This document shows, piece by piece, positions 27,363 to 38,200 of a stretch of DNA of 64,000 nt (position 1 is its first letter; each line of letters begins with the position of its first letter). The stretch comes from an uncultured Chloroflexia bacterium (GTDB lineage Bacteria; Chloroflexota; Limnocylindria; Limnocylindrales; CSP1-4). A program made the translations under genes and the position numbers. The notes under the pieces were generated by a model. That model saw nothing but the letters and a program-made list of their open reading frames with translations, was not told the DNA's origin and did no database searches. Location: assembly GCA_963833225.1 (NCBI GenBank), contig CAWHXD010000017.1, forward strand, positions 224,001 to 288,000, given 5' to 3'.

Positions 27363-28674
27363 GCCGCCGCCTCGCCGGGTGCGTCGCCGGTGGCGTCGCC
27401 GGTGGTCGCCGGCACGTAGGTCAGCACCACCCGGTTGTCGGCACGGAACACGGCGCGGGCGGCGTCCCGGATCTGGTCCGCCGTCACCGCGAGGTAGCGT
27501 GGTAGCAGGGTGTTGATGAGGTCCGGGTCGTCGAACAGGCCCGCGTATTCGGCGAGCCGCCGGGCGCGCTCCTCGACGCGGGCAAGCGAGCCCAGCTCGT
27601 CGGCCTCGATGAGGGCCTTTGCGCGGGCGACCTCGTCCTCGCTGGGCGCCTCCGAGGCGAGCTTCTCAAGCTCCTCGTGGAACGCCGCCTCGACCGCCGC
27701 CGGATCCACGCCCGGCCGGACGGTGGCGATGCCCAGGAACACGGACCCCCCCGACGAAGCCCCAGCTCCCGCAGTCGACCTCCTGCGCAAGCCGATCCTC
27801 ACGGACGAGGCGCTTGTGGAGACGGCTCCCCTTGCCGCCTGCCAGCAGCTGCGCCGCAATGTCGAGCGGATCCAGCGCCGGATCCCCATACGCCGGCGCC
27901 CGGTAGGCGACGAAGATCCGGGTCAGCGGGACCCGGTCCTCCACGGTCTCGCGCTGCTCCTCGCCCAGGAGCGCGGGGAGCGGCGTGGTCCGGCAGCGAC
28001 GGGATCGCCGGGTTCGCCGGGATCGGTCCGAAGTAGCGGTCCGCCCACGCCCGGACCTGGGCGCGCTCGCAGTCCCCCACCACGGCGATCGTGGCGTTGT
28101 TCGGCGCGTAGTAGGTCCGGAAGAACGCGGAGACATCCTCCAGGGAGGCCGCGTCGAGGTCCGCCATCGAGCCGATGGTCGGGTGGTGGTACGGGTGATC
28201 CTCGGGGTAGAGGTGGGCGAACACCTTCTCCTGCCACGACCCGTACGGCCGGTTGTCGTAGCTCCACCGCTTCTCGTTCTTGACGACCTCGCGCTGGTTG
28301 TCGAGGTTCTCCTGCGACAGTGCGTCGAGGAGCGTGGCCATCCGGTCCGCCTCCAGCCACAGCGCGAGCTCCAGCTGGTGGGAGGGCAGCGTCTCGTAGT
28401 AGTTGGTGCGGTCCAGCCAGGTCGTGCCGTTGAGCGTGCCGCCGGCTGCCTGGACCAGCGCCATGTGCTCCGCCTTGGCCACGTTCGCCGACCCCTGGAA
28501 CATCACGTGCTCGAACAGGTGGGCGAACCCGGTCTTGCCGGGGACCTCGTGCTTGGAGCCGACGTTGTACCAGACGTGGACGGCGACGACGGGCGCGAGA
28601 TGGTCCTCGGCGACGATCAGGCGCAGGCCGTTGGGCAGGCGCTCGTCGGAGAACTCGATCACGGGAACGGGCAT
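27359..28674 (-). CDS. M16 zinc peptidase, two apparent frameshifts (about 27985 and 27750)
   Basis: GFAHLFEHVMFQGS, EREVVKNEKR-like, HPYHHPTIG; peptidase-like text continues across three reading frames. Confidence 0.88.
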
Positions 28675-28855
28675 ACGGAACGGGTCCTCGGGCGGTGACG
28701 GGTCGCGGGCTAGTGTAGGGCGGGTGGCCGATCCGGGGCCCGGGACGGTCCGCCCCGGGGCCGTCGGCGTGACCTTCGGTCCGCACCGTCGACGGCCGGA
28801 CGTGCCAGCATGATCGAGACGGGCCGCGCTGCCGGCCCGGCACAGGGAGGGTCCG

Positions 28856-29635
28856 ATGGGATCGGGTCGTGGACCGTCGTCGGGGGCGCTCATCGGCGGC
28901 ATCGTGCTGCTGATCGTCGGTGTGGCGTTCCTGCTCCGGAATGCGGGGATCATCCGTGTGGACTGGGGGGTCCTGTGGCCGGCGCTGGTGATCGCGATGG
29001 GGGTCGTGCTGATCGTGGGAGCGCTCCGACGGGGTGGTGGCGGGCCCGGCGACACCAACGTGAGCATCCCGATGGACGGAACGGCGCGCCTTGACCTCGC
29101 CCTGCGCCTGGGGGCCGGCCAGTACCGGCTCCGGGCCGGGGCCGCGGGCCTCGTGGACGTGGCGGCCAGCGGGCCGACCATCGACCACCGCGTCGAGCGA
29201 TCCGGCGACCTTGCCCGGGTCCGCCTCGCGACCGCCATCGACTCCTGGAGCTGGGGGCGGATGGCCGGCGGGACCGACTGGCGGATCGGGGTCACGCCCG
29301 GGGTGCCGGTCCGGCTCGATGTCCAGGCCGGCGCCGGCACGTTCGAGCTGGATCTCGAGGGCGTCATGACCAGCGGGGTCACGTGCGGGATCGGGGCGGC
29401 GGACCTGCGGATCGTGCTTCCGCGGCCCCGGGGCGAGGTCCCGGTCCGGGTCGAGGGTGGAGCTGCCCAGTTCACCTTCGAGATCCCGGCGGGTGTCGAG
29501 GCCAGGGTCACGACGACCGGGCTGGTCACGACGAGCGGCATCAACCAGACAGCGGGCTACGCGACCGCTGCCGATCGCGTGACGGTTGCGGTGACCGGTG
29601 GCGCGGCGGCCGTGCGGGTGATCCAGCGAGCCTGA
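28856..29635 (+). CDS. LiaF/LiaI-like membrane protein with C-terminal beta-rich domain
   Basis: GIVLLIVGVAFLLRNAG..LWPALVIAMG, followed by repeated beta-strand GAG units. Confidence 0.75.
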   Translation: MGSGRGPSSGALIGGIVLLIVGVAFLLRNAGIIRVDWGVLWPALVIAMGVVLIVGALRRGGGGPGDTNVSIPMDGTARLDLALRLGAGQYRLRAGAAGLVDVAASGPTIDHRVERSGDLARVRLATAIDSWSWGRMAGGTDWRIGVTPGVPVRLDVQAGAGTFELDLEGVMTSGVTCGIGAADLRIVLPRPRGEVPVRVEGGAAQFTFEIPAGVEARVTTTGLVTTSGINQTAGYATAADRVTVAVTGGAAAVRVIQRA

Positions 29636-29678
29636 GGCGCCTCGCGGTTCCCTTGGATCGGGTGCCGGAACGGCGCGG

Positions 29679-30110
29679 CTAGATGGGCAGCAGCACCGCG
29701 ATGACGGTCGGGATGATCGCGAGCAGGAAGGCATCGCGCACGAGGACGGCCGTGGTCCGTCGGTCGAGCTCCCGCTGAACCGGGTCGACGACCGGCTCAC
29801 GGCTCGCCTCGCCGTCACCGAAGTTCGACAGCCCGGCCATCGCGAACGCGACGCAGAACCGGCGGCGGGCCTGGAGCCAGGCGACGCCGGCACCCCACAA
29901 CGGCAGGAACAGCAGGAGGCGCGTCAGGGCGGGCGCGCCGGCCGCCACGAGGATGGCGAGCAGGGCGACCGCCGCCGCGATCGCCGCGATGGCCGACCGT
30001 CGCCGCCGCCGGATCTCCCACGGACCGATGTTGCACGCTCCCGCGACATAGCCATGGTCGGGCTCGGGAGCCGGCGTGATGGGAGCGGCGAAGCGGGTCG
30101 GGTCGGACAT
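29679..30110 (-). CDS. hypothetical membrane protein (CNIG..E..RR motif)
   Basis: YVAGACNIGPWEIRRR, QARRRFCV, three hydrophobic segments. Confidence 0.75.
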   Translation of the reverse strand: MSDPTRFAAPITPAPEPDHGYVAGACNIGPWEIRRRRRSAIAAIAAAVALLAILVAAGAPALTRLLLFLPLWGAGVAWLQARRRFCVAFAMAGLSNFGDGEASREPVVDPVQRELDRRTTAVLVRDAFLLAIIPTVIAVLLPI

Positions 30111-30243
30111 CGAGGCACCAGGTGGCGGCGCGGGGTGACGCGCTCACCTGATCTTCGCAGGTCGCGGCGTGGCGGATGCCTGCGACGCACGCCCGAGCAC
30201 TCGCGGGTAGACTCCCGCTCCGTGAGAACCACATCGCACCGCC

Positions 30244-30859
30244 TTGGCGTCCGGGCTCGTGGGCGCCGTGCTTGCCCTGCTCGTGGCGGCACCCGCCCTG
30301 GCCCATGCCGATCTCGTCGCGTCCACCCCCGAGGACGGCGAGGTGCTGGCGGTCCCGCCCACGGCGGTCGAGCTCACGTTCAGCGAGGGCCTGGACGCCG
30401 GCAAGAGCTCCTTCAGGCTCATCGGCCCGGACGGCGATGTCGGAACCGGCAAGGCTCCCAAGGACGGCGCCACCACGATGGCGCTCGAGGGTCTGGCCCT
30501 GGGTCCCGGTGACTACAGGATCAAGTGGACCTCGGTTGCCGAGGACGGACACATCGAGCGGGGCTCGCTCGCGTTCACGGTGTCGTCACCGACCCCGGAG
30601 CCCGCAACGCCGACGCCGGTCCCGACAACTGCGCCACCGCGGCGTCGCGACCACGCCCACGGCGGCGCCCGCGACCGAGTCTTCGGCACCCCCGCCGCCG
30701 ACAACCGCACTGCCGAGTGACACCTCCGCCTCACCCGCCACGGACAGCGGCGACCCCGCATCGGTCTCCGGGACCGACGTCCTGATCCCCATCGTGGCGG
30801 GGCTCGTCCTCGTGGCCGGCGTGGGGGTCTTCGTCCTCCGTCGCAGTCGCCGGGCCTGA
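30244..30859 (+). CDS. copC: CopC copper-binding protein with C-terminal membrane anchor, frameshift near 30643
   Basis: AHADLVASTP.DG, LTFSE, W..VAEDGH; Pro/Thr linker and TM + RRSRR tail in the adjacent frame. Confidence 0.85.
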
Positions 30860-30896
30860 AGCCGGTGACCGGGCCCAGGCGGGCGTGGGCCACGGC

Positions 30897-32378
30897 ATGA
30901 CCAGGCGCCTGGCCGGCGTGATCCTCGCCGCGGCCGTGATGCTCGGCGCACCGGTCGTCGCGCTCGCCCATGGCCTCTCGCCGCTCTACGAGAGCCCGCT
31001 GCCACTGGCCGTGTACCTCGCCGGCGCCGCAGCCACGGTCGCGCTGTCGTTCGTGTTCGTCCTGGCCCGCGACCTGCGGGCGGCGCCCGTGCAGGCGGGG
31101 CGCCCCGCACCGGTCCCGGTCACCGTGCGGTACGGGCTGCGCACCATCGGCGTCTTCGGCTGGGTATGGATCCTCGCCCAGGGCATCGCCGGGGGCTCGT
31201 CGGATGCCTCCGTGGCCGGGCTCTTCCTGTGGGTGTACGGCTGGGTTGGCGTGGCGATCCTCTCGGCGCTCGTGTTCCCGGTGTGGGAGTGGCTCGACCC
31301 GTTCACGACGATCCATGACCTGATCGCCGCCGTCCTGCGCCGGCTCGGCCTGCGGGGCGGCACGCCCGCGCCCCTGCCCGGGTGGGCGCGACTGTGGCCC
31401 GCGGTCGCCGGGCTCGTGTTCCTCGTCTGGCTGGAGCTCGTGGCGGTGCCCGGCAATGACGGGCTGACGGTGGTCGTCGCCGGCTACACGGTGCTCACGC
31501 TCGCGCTCATGGCCCAGTTCGGACGCGACCCATGGCGCGCGTACGGCGACACGTTCAGCGTGTGGTTCCGGACGCTCAACCGGCTGGCAGCGACCGGCGT
31601 CCCGCCGTCGCCGGGACCGGAGGCCTCAGACACGGCCACCGACCACCACGGCGTGCTTCGCCGGCCGTTTGCCTCCGGGGTGATCGACGCTCGCTGGGAG
31701 GTGCCGCGCATCATCCTGGTGGCCGTGGCCACGGGGTCCATCCTGTTCGACGGCCTGTCACAGACCGTGCCCTTCGCGACGGTCTTCGGGGCCCCGACGC
31801 TGGTGCCGAAGACCCTGCTCCTGCTCGCGTTCCTCGCGATCATCGCGCTGGCCGCGCTGGTTGTGGCGAAGTCGGTCAGCCCGGGAGCGATCGGGGCCGG
31901 CCTGCTGCCGATCGCGGTCGGCTACCTGGTCGCCCATTACCTGACCTACCTGCTGATCGACGGGCAGCGGATCGTGATCGCCATCTCCGACCCCCTCCAG
32001 CAGGGCTGGGACGTGTTCGGGACCGCATTCTTCGTCCCAACGGCTGCCTGGCTGCCGCCGGGCCTCGTCTGGACCGCCCAGCTCGCCGCGGTCGTGGGTG
32101 GCCACATGCTCGGGGCCTGGGCCGGCCACGTCACCGCCCAGCGGGACCTGGAGGCGTCGGCCGCGGCCGCCAACGGCCGGGCGGCAAGGGACCTGCGTCA
32201 CCGGAAGATCCACGACCCGGATCCGCTCCCGCCACGGCGCCGGAACCTGCGCGCCAGGGAGATCCCGCTGGCCGTCGTGATGGTGGCGCTGACGACGCTG
32301 ACGCTGTGGTCACTCGGGCAGGCGATCGTCGTCGAGACCCCCGCCGCGTCGGTCGGAGGCGTCACCCAACCCGCGTAG
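30897..32378 (+). CDS. polytopic membrane protein (resembles family annotated fenitrothion hydrolase/FedB-like)
   Basis: AHG...PLPL..YLAGAAATVALSF; LLPIAVGYLVAHY; SDPLQQGWD; VGGH. Confidence 0.7.
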   Translation: MTRRLAGVILAAAVMLGAPVVALAHGLSPLYESPLPLAVYLAGAAATVALSFVFVLARDLRAAPVQAGRPAPVPVTVRYGLRTIGVFGWVWILAQGIAGGSSDASVAGLFLWVYGWVGVAILSALVFPVWEWLDPFTTIHDLIAAVLRRLGLRGGTPAPLPGWARLWPAVAGLVFLVWLELVAVPGNDGLTVVVAGYTVLTLALMAQFGRDPWRAYGDTFSVWFRTLNRLAATGVPPSPGPEASDTATDHHGVLRRPFASGVIDARWEVPRIILVAVATGSILFDGLSQTVPFATVFGAPTLVPKTLLLLAFLAIIALAALVVAKSVSPGAIGAGLLPIAVGYLVAHYLTYLLIDGQRIVIAISDPLQQGWDVFGTAFFVPTAAWLPPGLVWTAQLAAVVGGHMLGAWAGHVTAQRDLEASAAAANGRAARDLRHRKIHDPDPLPPRRRNLRAREIPLAVVMVALTTLTLWSLGQAIVVETPAASVGGVTQPA

Positions 32379-32431
32379 GCGCAGCCAGCCCGGCGCCGGG
32401 TGCGCCGGGGGCATCCTGGTGACGCGGTCGG

Positions 32432-32671
32432 TCAGGCCTCTCCGAGCCAGGCCGCGATCGTGGGGACTGTCGGGATCTTCCCGGCCGAGACGACCCGGCC
32501 GTCGATGACGAGCCCGGGCGTGCTCAGGACGCCGCGGGCGGCAATCTCCGCATAGTCGGTCACGTGGCGGACCTCCGCCGGGATCCCGAGCTGGGCGACG
32601 GCCTCACGGGCATTTGCCTCCAGCTTCTGGCAGTTGGCGCAGCCGGAACCGAGAACCTCGATGACCTTCAC
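32432..32671 (-). CDS. small redox-active disulfide protein (thioredoxin-like, MTH895 type)
   Basis: VLGSGCANC, GVLSTPGLVIDG. Confidence 0.92.
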   Translation of the reverse strand: MKVIEVLGSGCANCQKLEANAREAVAQLGIPAEVRHVTDYAEIAARGVLSTPGLVIDGRVVSAGKIPTVPTIAAWLGEA

Positions 32672-32716
32672 TGGTGGATCTCCTTGAGAGCGGGTTGGCG
32701 AATGGGTGCGCCCACG

Positions 32717-33754
32717 TCAGGCGAGCAGGTTGAACAGGTAGCCGACGATGACGATCCCGCCGGCCACGGTCGCAGCAAACGTCGCCAGGAGGCGCGGCTT
32801 CATGACCTTGCGCAGGATCACCATCTCCGGGAAGGAGAGGGCCGTGATCGCCATCATGAACGCGAGGGCGGAGCCGAGCGGCAGCCCCTTGCCGATCAGC
32901 GCCTCGACGATCGGGATGGTGCCGGCGGCATTGCTGTACAGCGGGACGCCGAGGGCGACCAGCGCCGGGACCGCGAGCGGATTGCCCGAGCCGCCGATCG
33001 AGACCACCAGGTCCTGCGGCACGAAGCCGTGGATGAACGCCCCGACCGCGATGCCGGCGACGACCCAGGGCCAGACCCGGCCGACGATGTCGAGCGTCGA
33101 TCGCCAGGCATCACGGACCCGGTCGCCGAGCGACGTGCGCATCTCGATGGCCCCGGCACCCGCCCGGATTGTCCAGACGTAGTCCTCGACATGGCGCTCC
33201 ATGTTCAGCCGTCCGATCAGCAGACCCGCGGCGACCGCCACGACCAGCCCCGCTCCCACGTACGCGGCCGTCACGCCGGGCCCGAACAGCCCCCACAGCA
33301 GGACGATCGCCACCTCGTTGACCATCGGCGACGCCACCAGGAACGCGAAGGTCACGCCCAGCGGCACCCCGGCTTCCACGAACCCGATGAACAGCGGCAC
33401 CGCCGAGCAGGAGCAGAATGGCGTCACCACGCCGAACCCGGCCGCCGCCATGGTCCCGGCCACGGCATTCCGACCAGCCAGCGCGCGCCGGACGCGATCG
33501 GGCGAGACGAACGAGCGCAGGAACGAGACCAGGGTCACGATCCCGGTCAGCAGCAGCAGGACCTTGGGCACGTCGAACAGGAAGAACGCCACCGCCTGGC
33601 CAAGCTGCGACGCCGGATCCTGGCCGAGGACCTCGAAGGCGAGCCACTCAGAGAGCGGCAGCGCCAGGAACCACGCCACCAGCCACGCTGCCGTGCCGGC
33701 GGCGACCACCAGCCACAGCGGAACCTGGGGCCGGCGAAGGGCCAGGGTCGTCAT
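32717..33754 (-). CDS. arsP: ArsP/DUF318 permease
   Basis: TPFCSCSAVP, ASPMVNE, GVPLYSN, ALSFPE. Confidence 0.88.
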   Translation of the reverse strand: MTTLALRRPQVPLWLVVAAGTAAWLVAWFLALPLSEWLAFEVLGQDPASQLGQAVAFFLFDVPKVLLLLTGIVTLVSFLRSFVSPDRVRRALAGRNAVAGTMAAAGFGVVTPFCSCSAVPLFIGFVEAGVPLGVTFAFLVASPMVNEVAIVLLWGLFGPGVTAAYVGAGLVVAVAAGLLIGRLNMERHVEDYVWTIRAGAGAIEMRTSLGDRVRDAWRSTLDIVGRVWPWVVAGIAVGAFIHGFVPQDLVVSIGGSGNPLAVPALVALGVPLYSNAAGTIPIVEALIGKGLPLGSALAFMMAITALSFPEMVILRKVMKPRLLATFAATVAGGIVIVGYLFNLLA

Positions 33755-34080
33755 CCGAGGAGCTCGGCGAGGGCGTTGCGGGCGGCCGCGACGGCCGCCT
33801 CGTCGCGTTCGTAGTACTGGAAGCGCCCGTTCGTCTCGTGCCGGACCGAATGCACGAGGCCCGCGTCGCGGAGCCTGGCGAGGTGGTTGGACACGTTGTT
33901 CTCGCGCTCACCCAGGGCCGCCGCCATCTCGCACACGCAATGGGGGCCATCCGCGAGCATCCGCAGGATCGAGGCGCGCACGCGGTCCGCCATCAGCGCC
34001 GCGATGGCCTGCGCCTCGGCCACGTCCGGCGCGGCGAGGTCCATGCGAGGCTGGGCGATAACGGGCAGGTCAGCACGCAT
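33751..34080 (-). CDS. arsR: ArsR/SmtB metalloregulator
   Basis: ADRVRASIL, HCVCEM, VSNHLARLRDAGLV. Confidence 0.9.
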   Translation of the reverse strand: MRADLPVIAQPRMDLAAPDVAEAQAIAALMADRVRASILRMLADGPHCVCEMAAALGERENNVSNHLARLRDAGLVHSVRHETNGRFQYYERDEAAVAAARNALAELLG

Positions 34081-34113
34081 GGCTGCGTCCCTGGTGGGAT
34101 CGGGGTGGTGTCA

Positions 34114-34152
34114 ACATCTCACCGGTGAATGTCTCACCATCCGATGAGATGT
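34114..34152. promoter_or_regulatory. inverted repeat, candidate ArsR operator
   Basis: ACATCTCACCGG-N15-CCGATGAGATGT (11/12 arms), about 35 bp upstream of arsR. Confidence 0.65.
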
Positions 34153-34245
34153 CATAGGGCCAATCGGCAGGATTGGCAGGCCACCTTGGCTCGGGGCAGC
34201 GACCCGCCCGGGTGATACCCAGCCAAGCTCGCTATCGCTCGGCGA

Positions 34246-34820
34246 TCAGGTCTTGGCGGTCGTGAGGCCGGTCTCGCCGACGAGGCGCTCGAGGCGATCG
34301 TAGGCGTGGGCCGTGGTGCCGCCCGCAGCGTCGCCAATGATGCCGGTCCCGGTGAAGGTGCGGTCGCCGCCCGCGACGTTGTTCGCGCGGTGTAGGTCTG
34401 GGTCATCGAGACCACGGTGCTCTTGGCGGCGCCGGTGGGGCGCTTGGCCGCGTCGTGCGTGTCGGCGAGCGCGCTGGTCTCGCCGGCCCACTTCCGACCC
34501 GCGATCGTGCCGTCGAGGTTCCAGGTGGTGGTCGCGGTCGCCGACCACGGGGTCACCACCGACCGCAGGCGCCCGGCCGACGTGTCGGAGCCCGTTGCCG
34601 GGTTGCACGAGAGGCCGTAGACGGCGTTGTCCGGGCAGTAGCCCGTCTGCTCGCCGATCGAGTCGTACGCGAACCTGGACTTGACGTCGTCGGTGCCGTC
34701 CGCGCCCGAAGCCGCGCCGTTCTCGGAGTCGAGCGTGGTCGCGGCCACCCGGCCGAGGGCGTCGTAGGTCGCCCGGCTCGCGATGCCCAAGGGGGTCATG
34801 GTGCCGGTCGCCCGATAGCT
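34246..34820 (-). pseudogene. RHS/YD-repeat protein remnant
   Basis: TYDALGR, AYDSIG, HDAAKR and AYDRLERL motifs across two frames; no proper start or RHS core end. Confidence 0.7.
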
Positions 34821-34885
34821 GCGCCGCCCGGATCTCGCCGCGGCCTTGCCCAGGCGGCAGCCGGTGGCCGGGGACGGTCGGGAGG

Positions 34886-35183
34886 GTATGTCGTCGCCGA
34901 GCTCGACTACCTCGTCGCGTCACGGCTCGGCGTGACGGCCGAGCTCGCAATCCTCGCAGAGCTGGTGGGCGGCGCATGGGACCTGCCGGCGATGGACGTC
35001 GAAGGGCTCAAGGACACACGCGACGTCATCGGGCACTATGCGCATCAACGGATCGGTGTCGCAGACGCCTCCAACGTCGTCCTCGCCGCGCGTTATCGGA
35101 CGCAGACGATCGTCACGCTCGACCATCGGCATTTCGACGTCCTTCGGCCGATCACCGGCGGTCGCTTCGCCGTGCAGCCGTAG
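34886..35183 (+). pseudogene. vapC: 5'-truncated PIN-domain (VapC) toxin
   Basis: YVVAELDYLV, IGVADASNVVLAARY, TLDHRHF; first acidic motif and antitoxin missing. Confidence 0.75.
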
Positions 35184-35219
35184 CGCGGATCAACGAGGGA
35201 TCGGCCAAGGGCAACCGAC

Positions 35220-38200
35220 TCAGCCTGGCACCCACTCCGTGATGGCCCTGACTGCCGCGATCCCGTCCACGACCGCCGGATCCAGGGCCTGGGCCGCCGC
35301 GACCCCGGTCTCGATCGAGGTGAAGCACAGGATCCCCTCGGCGATGGTCGCGTGGCGGATGTCGGCCGCGTCGCGCACGGGACCTGAGCGCGGGGTGGGC
35401 GTGTTGACGACGAGCCTGACGGTCCCCGACGCGATCAGCTCCAGGATCCCGGATTCCTCCCCGACCGGCTCCTCGCCCAGCTTCGCGACCGGCGCGATCG
35501 CCACGATCCCGGCCTCCTCCAGCACCGCCCGCGTGCCACCGGTCGCGGCCAGCCGGTAGCCGGCCCGCACCAGTGCCTGGCCGAGGTCCACCAGGCCCCA
35601 CTTGTCGCGGTCGGCGATCGAGAGCAGCGCGAGCGGCGGCTCCCCTGCCCCGGCGCGCGGCGGGATGAGGGCGGCGCCGGTGAGCGCCTTGGCCATGGCG
35701 ACGCGCGGGTCCACGGCGATCCCGATGACCTCACCGGTGGATTGCATGAATGGACCCACCGAGGGATCCACGCCCTTGAGCTTGGACGTCGAGAACGCAG
35801 GCGACTTGACGGCCACGAACGGCGGCTCCGGGCGGAGCCCGCCCTCCCAGCCCATGTCGCGCAGGGTCTCGCCGAGCGAGATCCGGACGGCCAGCTCCAC
35901 CATCGGCACACCGGTCACCTTGGACACGAAGGGCACGGTGCGTGAGGCGCGCGGGTTGACCTCGATCAGGTACACGCCGTCGTCACGGACGATGAACTGG
36001 GCGTTGACCAGCCCCCTGACGCCAAGGGCGAGGCTGATCCGCTCCATGGTCGAGACGATCAGCGACTGGTCGCCCGCCGACACGCCCTGGGGCGGGAACC
36101 ACGCGATCGAGTCGCCCGAATGGATGCCCGCCCGTTCGACATGCTCCAGCAGACCCGGGATCAGGACCTCGGTGCCGTCGCACACGGCGTCGACGTCGAC
36201 CTCGAGGCCCTCAAGGAACCGGTCGATCCGCACCGGCCGGTCGGGGTCCACGATCGCCGCCGCGGCCAGGTGCCGGGCGAGGTCCTCCGGGGAGTAGGCG
36301 AAATCGATGGCCAGGCCGCCGATGACGAACGAGGGCCGGACGATGACCGGGTAGCCGATCCGATCGGCCAGCGTGAGCGCCTCCTCGATGGACTCGGCCA
36401 TGCCGCCCTCGGGCTGCGGGATGCCGAGCCGGTCCAGCAGGGCTGAGAACCGGGTGCGCTCCTCGGCCTGGTCGATGGTCTCGAGATCGGAGCCCAGGAG
36501 CGGCACGCCGGCGGCGACCAGCGGGCCGGCCAGGTTGAGCGGGGTCTGGCCACCGAACGCCACGACGGCGGGGAGGAGGCCGTGGCCGATGTCGTGCCCA
36601 TCGGCGGCCGCCGGGCTCTCGAACTCGATGATGCTGCGCACGCTCTCCGTGTCGAGCGGCTCGAAGTACAGCCGCGTCGAGGCGTCGAAGTCGGTCGAGA
36701 CCGTCTCGGGGTTGGAGTTGACCATGATCGCGCCCCAGCCCTGGCGGCGGAGCACGTCCGCCGCCTGCACGGCGCAGTAGTCGAACTCGATCCCCTGCCC
36801 GATCCGGACCGGACCGGAGCCGATGACGAGGGCGGCCGGCCGGTTGACGGGCGGTGCCTCCGGGGGCGACCCCGCCGATGCGTAGGTCGAGTAGAAGTAC
36901 GGCGTCTCGGCGGCAAACTCGGCGGCGCAGGTGTCGACCATCGCGTAGCCCGGCACCAGCCCCAGCGCCATCCGCGCCCCGCGCACGGCGGCCTCGATCG
37001 TTCCAGCGAGTCTGGCGAGATCCCGGTCGGCGAAGGCGGCCCGCTTGGCGGTGACGAGGAGCGAGGCGCCATCCGCGTCCTCGGGGTCGATGAGCCGCTG
37101 GCCCATGGTGCCCACCGCGGCCTCGAGCGCGACGTTCCGGCCCATCTCGGCCAGGAACCAGGCGCTGATCCCGGTTGCCCGCCTCACCACCTCCTGCGGA
37201 ACCCCGCGGCGCAGCAGCCCCAGGACCCGCCACAGGCGCGAGTCGGACGGCTCCACGAACTGGCGCAGCACGATCGGCGCCGCCGAGCGCTGGGCGAAGC
37301 GGGTGCTCTCGCAGGCCTGGCCGGCGTCGTCCGTCCAGCGGATCGGCGCATCGTCGACGGGGAGCGCGTCGAGGCCCTGGCCACCCTCGTCGGCGTCGAT
37401 CCCCGCGTAGACGGCGGCGAGGTAGTCGAAGGTCGGGCGCCACGAGGGATCCTCGCCCAGCGGTCCGGCACCAGCCTGCTCGAGGCCCCGGAGGGCCTTG
37501 TTGAGGGCGGCCCCGAAGGTGCGGTCGATGGCCATCACCTCGCCCGTCGCCTTCATCTGCGAGCCCAGGCGGCGGTCGGCGGTCGGGAACTTGTCGAACG
37601 GGAAGCGCGGCAGCTTGACCACCACGTAGTCGAGGGCTGGCTCGAAGGCGGCGACGGTCGTGCCGGTGACGACGTTGGGGATCTCCGCCAGCGTGCGGCC
37701 GGTGGCGATCTGGGCAGCGACACGCGCGATCGGGTATCCCGTGGCCTTCGACGCCAGCGCGGACGACCGCGACACCCGGGGGTTGACCTCGATCACCGCG
37801 TACTCGGTCGAGTCGGGCGAGAGCGCGAACTGGACGTTGCAGCCGCCCTCGACCCCCAGCGCGCGGATGATCGCGAGCGCCGCGCTGCGGAGCCGCTGGT
37901 GGACGGTGTCGGTCAGGGTCTGGACGGGGGCGACGACGATCGAGTCGCCGGTGTGGACCCCGAGCGGGTCCACGTTCTCCATCGAGCACACCGCGATGCA
38001 CGTGTCCTCGGCGTCGCGCATGACCTCGTACTCGATCTCCTGCCAGCCGACGAGGCAGCGCTCGATCATGACCTGCTTGATCGGGCTGGCCCGGAGACCG
38101 GCGCGGACACGCTCCCAGTAGGCAGGCTCGGTCTCGACGATCCCGCCGCCGGTGCCGCCGAGGGTGAACGCGGGCCGGATGATGGCCGGCAGCCCGATCT

